DNA of 21,484 bases. It comes from Promethearchaeota archaeon Loki_b32. Lineage in GTDB: Archaea; Asgardarchaeota; Lokiarchaeia; Sigyniarchaeales; SOKP01. Where the stretch lies: assembly GCA_005223125.1 (NCBI GenBank), contig NJBH01000050.1:1-21484 (forward strand), written 5' to 3'. Position 1 is the first letter of the stretch. Each line of letters begins with the position of its first letter. The notes under the pieces were generated by a model. It saw only the letters and a list, made by a program, of their open reading frames with translations, made no database searches and was not told where the DNA came from. This document shows positions 6,825 through 14,602 of the stretch, one piece after another. The translations under genes were made by a program, and so were the position numbers.

Positions 6825-9767
6825 TTGACAACCCAAGAACCCTTAGACTCCAAAGAGCCATTAGATACCGAAAAAATTGAGACCTTAATTTTAAATGGTT
6901 ATAATGAAAAAGCGTCAGAAGAAATATTTAGTATTATTGAAAGATATGAAAACCATTCAAATAAAGAAATTATATATCGAAGTCTTAGTTTATTAAATTT
7001 AATTTGTGATAAATCACCGGAAATCTCAGAGAGAACAATAAAATCTATTAATCATTTTGTTAATGATTCTGATTCGTGGATTAGATTAGTTTCATTAGAA
7101 ATTTTATATCAAATAAGTCTCTTTAGACCGAATTTATTAATAGAATTGTTAAATAAAATTCGAGGGCGTGTTTACGACCATGATTCTTCTGTAAGGAGAT
7201 TGGCTGTAAAAATTATTGGTAATTTAATTTTATCTCTACATATAGATATATATGAATTACGAGAAATTATTGAAGAGTATACAGAAAAATTAATGGATAA
7301 TGATTGGAAAGTAAAATTAAATGTAATTAGAACAATTCAAAAGATTTTAAATCAGGACTATACTAAGATTAGGAATCTAGAACCGCTTTTATCAATGGTG
7401 ATAATAAATCTTAGAGATGAAGATGATGATGTTGCAAGAGCCGCCGCAGAACTCTTAAAAATTCATGGAACATATTTCTTAACAAAAGAAAAAATATTTT
7501 ATATTTTATTAAATCTTCTTTATAACGAGGAAAACAGAGTTAAAGAACTCATAATTTGGTTATTTGGAGAAATTGGGAAAGAAAAGTCATCAGAAATAAT
7601 ATCAATAATCCCAAAATTGATTAGTTTACTAAAGGAAAAAGATTATCGCATTCAATTAAAAGTTATTGAAGCTCTTGTTAATATTGCAGAAAATAACTTT
7701 GACCAAATCTGGGCAAATCTATTGCATTCAATATTAGAAGCTAATGATTCTAATTATAGAAATTCACTAATAAATGCTGTATTTCACCTATGCCGTCAAA
7801 ATATTACTGAAATATTTCCATATTTATTTGAAGAATTAGAAAATCCCTCTGAAAATATTAGAGAGAGCATTGCCTTAGTATTCAAACGATTGTTTGAAGA
7901 ATTTCAGATCGAAATAGAAAACGAAATAACCAAAATTTTATATCAACTGGAATCACGGTTTTGGAGAGAGAGAAAGAAAACCATAATATTATTACAAAAT
8001 ATATGTTTCATCTTAGAAAGTAAAAAGATCGCTATTTGGATTACGATTGAATTGACTAAAGCTTTAAAAATTGAAAAAGATCCAGAAGTTAAAGATGAAA
8101 TCATATATACATTGAAGAACATTCATACAAATTTTACTAATATTGATGAGGCTATTGGTAGAATTAATAATGAGTTATCTTTATTCCATAAGAGAATTAT
8201 TGAATTTCAGAAGATTCCCGCTCAATTTAGAGAAAAATTGAATTCCTATATTCAGGATTTTAAATTTAATGTTACAGAAATTCAACTGAATGAAAAATAC
8301 AATAAAATTTTAAAAAAAATCAAGAAATTTAATCATTTTATTAATAAATTCGATTATAAGAGGTTAGCTTTTGATTTAATTGAAGAATGGGACGAAACTC
8401 GAGTACAAATTATTGAGGAATTAAGTATTATTAAAGGGTTTATTTCAGAAATTTGTGAGGAAAAAAAAGCAGAATTTGTTTCAAATTTGAAAGAAAAAAT
8501 TAAGACTATAAGTAATCGTGTAGATGTATTGAAAGCCGAGTTTGATCACATAAAAGAGAATAAATTTGATAGTATTTTAAATGATCAAATATCGGATCTT
8601 GAACCTACCAATATTAGTGATGATAGACTTGGATACGTAACACAGATAAGAAAAAAATTATTCAATTTGGATAATAATATTAGAGATTTATTAATTGATA
8701 ATGTAGAATTTAACGAAATTTTTAAAATTCTTTTACAAAAATGGGTTGCAGTCAAAATTGAAATTCAAGAATATTTGAATGATTTAGATCGGCAAATTAA
8801 ATTAATGAAAGATAGATTATTTGAAACTGAAATTCCCGCTTCAATCAATGGGATAAATAATGAACTAAGCTTTCAACTGCTTCAAGGACATATCCAATCT
8901 ATTATTACCGAGAGAATAGAGGGGATGAAAAGATTTAATGAGGACTTTGATAAACTAGGTGATAAAATAGAAATCCTAATAAAAAAAAATGAATTTTCAG
9001 ATACAAAAATATTAATAGAATTGAATTCTACGCATATCCAGACCTACATTGAAGAAACAGAGAGACAGATTGATGTAATTCTAGGTAAGGAAAATTTTTT
9101 TGAAGATAATAACATATTTAACCTGTATATTAGACCTTTTCTTAACAAATTCAACGCTTCAAAAGAATTATTGATTAATAAATTAAAGCATTTTGTTAGA
9201 AAATCAAACAATAAGTTATATTTGAATCAAATTAAATATTATCTTAATGTTATTAATCCCATTAAATTAGATCTACTTGCTAATTATATCAAAATAGATG
9301 TCGAACCATTAAAAGACTTAGTTTTTAAATTCATAAGTAAAAATAAGCTAAAAGCTAAAATTATCAATGAGAAACTGTATTACCAACAAATTGGATCTGA
9401 AATCCTAGATTCTAAAGAAATTCTTTTTTTTAAGAACATAAAAACAATAGGTAACGAAATTTACCTGAATTTTAAATTAACAAATCCTTCTAATTTTGAT
9501 TTTAAAGATTTACAAATATCACTTAAAGTCCCATCTTACCTGAATCTCCAACGAAAAGAAAGTTTTCCGAAATTCCTTCAAATTAATGAATTGAAACCAG
9601 GTAAAATTTTTAAGTTCAATTATGTACTAAAAGTAGATAAACAAAAAGAGCTTAAAAAGAATTTATTTGATCCTACTGCCGATGAGATAAAACTTGATCT
9701 ATATTATAGGGACCAATTTGATATCGCTCGAAAGACCACTAAACACATTGATCTATTTATTTCATAA
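6825..9767 (+). CDS. Large HEAT-repeat protein with coiled-coil middle, PCI-like winged helix and C-terminal Ig-like (adaptin-ear-like) domain
   Basis: HEAT motifs (DSDSWIRLVS, DHDSSVRRLA, DNDWKVKLNV, DEDDDVARAA, EKDYRIQLKV, NPSENIRES); long helical middle; IKLDLLANYIKID.EPLKDLVFKFISKNKLKAKI; terminal beta pattern LNFKLTNPS...LKVPSYL...LKPGK...IKLDLYY. Confidence 0.85.
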   Translation: MTTQEPLDSKEPLDTEKIETLILNGYNEKASEEIFSIIERYENHSNKEIIYRSLSLLNLICDKSPEISERTIKSINHFVNDSDSWIRLVSLEILYQISLFRPNLLIELLNKIRGRVYDHDSSVRRLAVKIIGNLILSLHIDIYELREIIEEYTEKLMDNDWKVKLNVIRTIQKILNQDYTKIRNLEPLLSMVIINLRDEDDDVARAAAELLKIHGTYFLTKEKIFYILLNLLYNEENRVKELIIWLFGEIGKEKSSEIISIIPKLISLLKEKDYRIQLKVIEALVNIAENNFDQIWANLLHSILEANDSNYRNSLINAVFHLCRQNITEIFPYLFEELENPSENIRESIALVFKRLFEEFQIEIENEITKILYQLESRFWRERKKTIILLQNICFILESKKIAIWITIELTKALKIEKDPEVKDEIIYTLKNIHTNFTNIDEAIGRINNELSLFHKRIIEFQKIPAQFREKLNSYIQDFKFNVTEIQLNEKYNKILKKIKKFNHFINKFDYKRLAFDLIEEWDETRVQIIEELSIIKGFISEICEEKKAEFVSNLKEKIKTISNRVDVLKAEFDHIKENKFDSILNDQISDLEPTNISDDRLGYVTQIRKKLFNLDNNIRDLLIDNVEFNEIFKILLQKWVAVKIEIQEYLNDLDRQIKLMKDRLFETEIPASINGINNELSFQLLQGHIQSIITERIEGMKRFNEDFDKLGDKIEILIKKNEFSDTKILIELNSTHIQTYIEETERQIDVILGKENFFEDNNIFNLYIRPFLNKFNASKELLINKLKHFVRKSNNKLYLNQIKYYLNVINPIKLDLLANYIKIDVEPLKDLVFKFISKNKLKAKIINEKLYYQQIGSEILDSKEILFFKNIKTIGNEIYLNFKLTNPSNFDFKDLQISLKVPSYLNLQRKESFPKFLQINELKPGKIFKFNYVLKVDKQKELKKNLFDPTADEIKLDLYYRDQFDIARKTTKHIDLFIS

Positions 9768-9943
9768 TTACTTAAAACTTTTTGAAAAGTAATAGTAAAT
9801 TTTCTGACTATAGAATTTTATATAAGAATTACTTATAAAATGATATTGTTTATCCAAAAATTTAATAAATTATATGGAAAAAATTAATATATTCAACTAT
9901 TCTATATAATTCTACTAAAATTAACCTATCAAAATTACAGTTT

Positions 9944-9950
9944 GAGGTGA
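9944..9950 (+). promoter_or_regulatory. Shine-Dalgarno sequence of selD copy 1
   Basis: GAGGTGA ending 3 nt before ATG 9954. Confidence 0.8.
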
Positions 9951-9953
9951 ACA

Positions 9954-10988
9954 ATGCAAGAGTTAGAGAGTTATCGATTGACATTGCAAACAAAACTTTT
10001 TGGATGAAACTGTAAATTATCAGCTGATAAATTAGAAAAATTACTGACGAATGTTGGATTAAAAGGTGATATTGAAGATTCTGCTGTAATTCCTGTTCCA
10101 AATACTGATCTCCTTATGGTAAAAAATATCGATATTTTCACGCCGATTCTAGATGAACCTGAAATCATGGGAGAGATTGCCGCTGCTAATGTTGTTAACG
10201 ACGTCTTTGCTTTAAATGTCCAAGAGATATCAGGTATGCTTGTATTCTTGGGATTAAAGAAAAATATGCCAATGTACATTGCTGAAGGATTGTTAAAGGG
10301 AATTAAAAACTTCATGGAGAAAAAGATTCACTCCAAAGTTCTTGGAGGTCATACCATTTACTCGGAATGGCCGCTTATTGGAGGAGAGGCAAGCGGATTT
10401 GTGGAAAAGGACAAGCTTATCAAAAAAGATTTCGTAAAAGAAGGTGATAAATTAATCCTAACTAAACCAATTGGAAACCAAGCAATAATGGCAGCATACA
10501 GATTACAAAAAAACAATCCTGACCTATTAGAAAATTTTTCTATGAATGAAATTGAAGATTCTATAGATTTAGCTGTAAAATTAATGATAATGCCGCTTCA
10601 AGATGTCGTAAAAACAATACATACTTACAATGACATGTCATTCATTCATTCTATGACTGATGTAAGTGGTTTTGGTCTCGCGGGACATCTAAGAGAAATG
10701 CTTCAAAATTCAAAATTTTCAGCCATTATAGAGAAAATTCCTAGTATTAAACTGGCAAGTGAATTAGCTTATGAATTTAGTTATAAATATGATGACTGTG
10801 AGATGCCTGAAACCGCTGGGGGGATGCTTCTATCTGTAGATCATCAATACGCAGAAGAATTTTCACAAAGACTTAGTAGTGAATACGATGTGAAAAATTG
10901 GATTATAGGTACAATCGATAACATAAATAAACCTAATCATGTTCGCGTTTCTAAAAACGCCGAACATATTGAAATAATAAAAATCTAA
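9954..10988 (+). CDS. selD: Selenophosphate synthetase, selenoprotein (Sec18, TGA at 10005-10007), copy 1, 344 aa
   Basis: ATG 9954 is in frame with the track ORF at 10116: MQELESYRLTLQTKLFG-U-NCKLSADKLEKLL...EDSA...NIDIFTPI...ANVVNDVFA...GGHT...TDVSGFGLAGHL...ETAGGMLL. The TGA aligns with the catalytic Cys/Sec of SelD. SECIS follows the stop. Confidence 0.95.
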
Positions 10989-11060
10989 TGATGTCAATGA
11001 GATAAGCAAAAACACATTTTTGTGGGAGCTTATTGAGAAATCTGTTGTACAACAGCATCA
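10989..11060 (+). promoter_or_regulatory. Eukaryote-like SECIS element (3' UTR of selD copy 1) with an extra hairpin
   Basis: TGATG/CATCA basal helix; ATGA(G) 10997-11001 opposite TGAG 11034-11037 (tandem G.A core); ATAAGC/GCTTAT helix; unpaired A run 11008-11012; apical mini-stem CACA/TGTG; extra hairpin CTGTTG-TA-CAACAG 11042-11055. Confidence 0.88.
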
Positions 11061-11332
11061 AAGAATATTATTTTGTTTTTATTCCTCTGTTTTTTTATTA
11101 TATTTTAATATTTCTTTATCTATCGAGTTTTTCGATAAGTAATTTCGAAAAAATTAATAAATAATAAAAATTTATTCAATTACTTCTTGATTAAGAACTT
11201 TTTAGATGATTAGGAAAGTAGCTATTATATTCTCATAATTAAAATATTAAGTGTCTTAATGAATTATTTAAATAATTAAAAAATAGTTTTATAAACTTAA
11301 AATTCTAATAAAATAGATTAAGTAATCAGTGT

Positions 11333-11339
11333 GAGGTGA
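11333..11339 (+). promoter_or_regulatory. Shine-Dalgarno sequence of selD copy 2
   Basis: GAGGTGA ending 2 nt before ATG 11342; a TATA-like TTTTATAAA at 11287-11295 follows an A-rich tract. Confidence 0.8.
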
Positions 11340-11341
11340 AA

Positions 11342-12367
11342 ATGGAAAAATCAGAATATAGGCTTACCAAGGATGTAAAAATACACGGATGAAGCTGTAA
11401 ACTTGGACAAAACGATTTGAATGATTTGTTAGCCAAAGTAGGATTAGCAGGAGATATTGAAGATGCTGCAATAATACCTATACCAAATAGTGATTTGCTC
11501 CTTATCAAAAACATTGATATTTTTACTCCCATTATTGATGAGCCTGAAATAGCTGGAGAGATTGCTGCTTGTAATGTGACAAATGACATTTTTGCGATGA
11601 ATGTTCCTGAGATATCGGGTATGCTTGTTTTCCTTGCAATAAGCAAAAAAACTCCAATGAAAGTCGCAGAAGGAATTTTAAAAGGAATAAAATACTTTAT
11701 GGAAGAAAAGATAAATTCTAAAGTTGTTGGTGGACACACTATTTATAGTGAATGGCCATTAATAGGTGGAGAAGCTTCGGGGTATGTAAATAAGGATGCA
11801 ATTATTCAAAAACAAGGAGTTAAAAAAGGAGACAAACTAATTTTGACCAAGCCAATAGGACTGCAAGCTATTATGGCAGCATATAGGATTCTTAAAGATG
11901 TTCCTGAAATCTTAGAAAATTATTCTCAAAATGAACTTCAAAAATCAATCGATCTTGCTGTAAAAATTATGACAACTCCTAATCAAAATGTTGTAAAAAC
12001 AATACATTCGTACAAGGATTTTTCATTTATCCATGCATTAACTGATATTACAGGATTCGGCTTAGCTGGACATACTGCTGAAATGCTTCAAAATTCAGAT
12101 TTATCTGCGATAATTGAGACTGTTCCATCAATTAGGTTTTCTAAGGAATTATCTGATGAGCTAGGATATGCTTTTGATGATTGTTATTGCCATGAAACTG
12201 CGGGAGGAATGCTTCTTGCTGTTGATCCAGAAAAAGTGGAAGAATTTACGACTAGACTTACAAGTAATAGGATCTCTAACTGGATTGTTGGAAAAATCGA
12301 CAAAATTCAGCCGGGATTAGTCAGAGTTTCGGAAAATGTTCAAAATATTGAAATTACAAATATTTAA
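11342..12367 (+). CDS. selD: Selenophosphate synthetase, selenoprotein (Sec17, TGA at 11390-11392), copy 2, 341 aa
   Basis: ATG 11342 is in frame with the track ORF at 11417: MEKSEYRLTKDVKIHG-U-SCKLGQNDLNDLL...EDAA...NIDIFTPI...ACNVTNDIFA...GGHT...TDITGFGLAGH...ETAGGMLL. The N-terminus resembles the archaeal (Methanococcales-type) HGUxCKL motif. Confidence 0.96.
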
Positions 12368-12368
12368 A

Positions 12369-12438
12369 GATGTTAATGATATAAGCTTAAACATTATAAA
12401 TGGGGGCTTATTGAAAATTCCACCTGCGAGGTGGCATC
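12369..12438 (+). promoter_or_regulatory. Eukaryote-like SECIS element (3' UTR of selD copy 2) with an extra hairpin
   Basis: GATG/CATC basal helix; ATGA(T) 12376-12380 opposite TGAA 12412-12415; ATAAGCTT/GGGCTTAT helix; AAA 12389-12391; apical mini-stem CATT/AATG; extra hairpin CCACCT-GCG-AGGTGG 12420-12434. Confidence 0.9.
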
Positions 12439-12448
12439 AAAGGAATTA

Positions 12449-13240
12449 TTATCTCTCTTTTATTTTACCTTTAAGTTTTATAACAATTTCTCTTATTTCA
12501 TTTAAAGCTTTATCTATCAATTCTTCTCCATTCTCTACATTAAAGGCAGTTATGGAAACCTCTACCTCGACAGATAAACCAATCTTTGGATGGGTTTTGA
12601 TCCAAAGTTGAGGATATTTCTTTTCCATTTCAGTTGTATAAGCCGCAATCTGACTCTCTCCAATTCCTGAGAAAAGAAACCCTTTTTCTATGAATTTTCC
12701 CTTCTTTTCTCTTAAAATTGGCGTGATTATATTTCTGAACATTGCTTTCATCTCAGCAGGTACACCAGGTAATATGAATATGTTAGTTTTTTCTTCTTCA
12801 ATTTTAACTCCCGGGGCTGTACCTACTGTATTGGGTAAAGGTACAGATCCTTTAGGCAGATAAGCCATTTTTTTTCTTTCTTTTGTCATTCCTTCAAGTT
12901 TTAAAAGACCTCTATGATGTGCATGTTCATATACTTTTTTGATCGAATTATAAGCATGTTGATTTAACTCCAAATTTCTATTCAACCCATTCGCTATCCC
13001 TTGTAAGGTCATATCATCGAAAGTTGGGCCAATTCCTCCTGAAGTTATAACAGTGTCTGGAGAACGTTTTAATATTGCTCTAATTGTAGAAGATATAATT
13101 TCTAAATCATCTCCTATAGTTGTTATTCTCTTAACTCTGTGCCCATATTTCGTAATTCTTTTTGCCATCCAATTTGAATTTGTGTCTTGAGTCTTTCCAA
13201 TAAGAATTTCGTTTCCAATCATTAAGAGTTCTATAATCAT
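12449..13240 (-). CDS. CinA-like molybdopterin-binding-domain protein (COG1058-type; probable ADP-ribose/FAD pyrophosphatase)
   Basis: IGNEILIGKTQDTNS.WMA, GDD, TSGGIGPTFDDMT, KMAYLP.G...LPN.VGTAPG, LPGVPAEM. ATG 13240 preferred over TTG 13246. No PncC domain. Confidence 0.9.
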   Translation of the reverse strand: MIIELLMIGNEILIGKTQDTNSNWMAKRITKYGHRVKRITTIGDDLEIISSTIRAILKRSPDTVITSGGIGPTFDDMTLQGIANGLNRNLELNQHAYNSIKKVYEHAHHRGLLKLEGMTKERKKMAYLPKGSVPLPNTVGTAPGVKIEEEKTNIFILPGVPAEMKAMFRNIITPILREKKGKFIEKGFLFSGIGESQIAAYTTEMEKKYPQLWIKTHPKIGLSVEVEVSITAFNVENGEELIDKALNEIREIVIKLKGKIKER

Positions 13241-13341
13241 TAACAAATTACCAAGAATCTATTATTATCTTTAATTTTATAAAACTTGATATTTTTTAAT
13301 TAATTTACTCAATAACAAGCGAAATAATTTTTTTTTATAGA

Positions 13342-13884
13342 ATGACGATTGAAATAGATGATGCAGGCACAGGTGATCTTGTAGGAAATGCCTTTATAGG
13401 CCTTCTGAGAAAAGAAACGGGGAAACTAATATTTCGAACACTCTCACTGGAATTATTTAAGGGGGAAAATTGGAAAAATAAACACTATTTAGAAAAAACA
13501 GTAGAGTTAGTAAAGGATGGATTAAGAGAACTAAAATTCCAAAAAGAAAGTGAATTAGTGCATCTTTGCCGTGGTAATATCTTTAACCACGTTCGAAATT
13601 ATTTTATAGATGAAGGAATAAATTATGAAGACGCTATAGTTGAGGGTAAATTGCAAGATGCTGTAGAGGGAAAATTAATTGATCATCTTCGATATGATTT
13701 AGGAGTAAGATCAAAACGATTAACTAAGAGAAGTGGCGCCAAACGTTTTTTTGTGTTATTCAATTGGGTTTGTTATGATTTTTATAAGAGAGAAAAATAT
13801 GTGAAGTCAGGTTTTAAGAAATGGAACACTGTATGGAGAGCTCGTGCAATTGAAAAATATGAAAAAATAAGAAATCCAAATTGA
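13342..13884 (+). CDS. Conserved hypothetical protein with an RNase H(II)-like N-terminal motif
   Basis: IEIDDAGTGDLVG resembles the RNase HII GIDEAGRG motif; the remainder is not a typical RnhB. Confidence 0.7.
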   Translation: MTIEIDDAGTGDLVGNAFIGLLRKETGKLIFRTLSLELFKGENWKNKHYLEKTVELVKDGLRELKFQKESELVHLCRGNIFNHVRNYFIDEGINYEDAIVEGKLQDAVEGKLIDHLRYDLGVRSKRLTKRSGAKRFFVLFNWVCYDFYKREKYVKSGFKKWNTVWRARAIEKYEKIRNPN

Positions 13885-13918
13885 AAAATTTATATCTCTG
13901 AAAATAAAGAGGAATTAC

Positions 13919-14602
13919 ATGAAAATTGTTGTTTTTGCTCCTCATCCTGATGATGAAATTTTTGGATGTGGCGGTAGCATCTTAAGATGGATGGATGAAG
14001 GTCATGATGTCCATATTGTTTATGTCACCGATAATTGTGTACTAATAACTTGGGGAAAATTACATGGACAATTATTGGAAGAAGAAGCGAAGGATTACAT
14101 GAAATTAAGTGAAGAAGAAATAGGTAGAATTGGCTTAGAAGAGACGTTACATGTATCTAAATCATTTGGTTTTCCAGAAGGGAATGTTCACTTGTTTAAA
14201 TTCCACGATCAAGATGCTAATAATCAAATCGTTGAGGGTGTTAGATTAGCTAAAGATTTTATCAAAGATGCTGATCGAATTGTCTTACCAAGTGATAATA
14301 ATAATCATTCTGATCATCAAGCAACTCATACTATGGTTAAAAAAGCTGCTAGAGAACTTCAAATACAAAAAGTTGAATTTTATGTGTATGCATTGTATAA
14401 TATATTAAAAGCACCAAAAGAAAAACAAATTAAAATCAATATTGTAGAATACCAAGATCATCTATATAACTTAATGAAAGGTTATAAGACGCAATTATGC
14501 CTTAAAGATACTCGAGTTGGATGGCAATTATTAAAAAGAAAGAGAACAGAAAGATTTGGAATCTTCAGTTTTGAAGATATGAATAAATTTGAAAACTTCT
14601 AA
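13919..14602 (+). CDS. PIG-L/LmbE-family Zn-dependent N-acetyl deacetylase
   Basis: FAPHPDDEIFGCGG and HSDH metal-binding motifs. Confidence 0.93.
   Translation: MKIVVFAPHPDDEIFGCGGSILRWMDEGHDVHIVYVTDNCVLITWGKLHGQLLEEEAKDYMKLSEEEIGRIGLEETLHVSKSFGFPEGNVHLFKFHDQDANNQIVEGVRLAKDFIKDADRIVLPSDNNNHSDHQATHTMVKKAARELQIQKVEFYVYALYNILKAPKEKQIKINIVEYQDHLYNLMKGYKTQLCLKDTRVGWQLLKRKRTERFGIFSFEDMNKFENF

Noticed and set aside
6834-6870. Short tandem peptide repeat QEPLDSKEPLDTEK at the start of the HEAT protein
   Set aside because: Only two degenerate 18-nt units; probably a trivial local duplication.
9954-11416. selD copies as pseudogenes with premature stops
   Set aside because: The TGA is at the catalytic Cys/Sec position in both diverged copies, and each has an SD and a SECIS.
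9862-11739. Antisense ORFs 9862..10101, 9971..10315 and 11326..11739
   Set aside because: Shadows of the selD genes; their mutual similarity simply reflects the duplication.
12336-12611. Track ORF of 91 aa on the + strand
   Set aside because: It overlaps the selD end, SECIS2 and the antisense CinA-like gene, and has no protein-like features.
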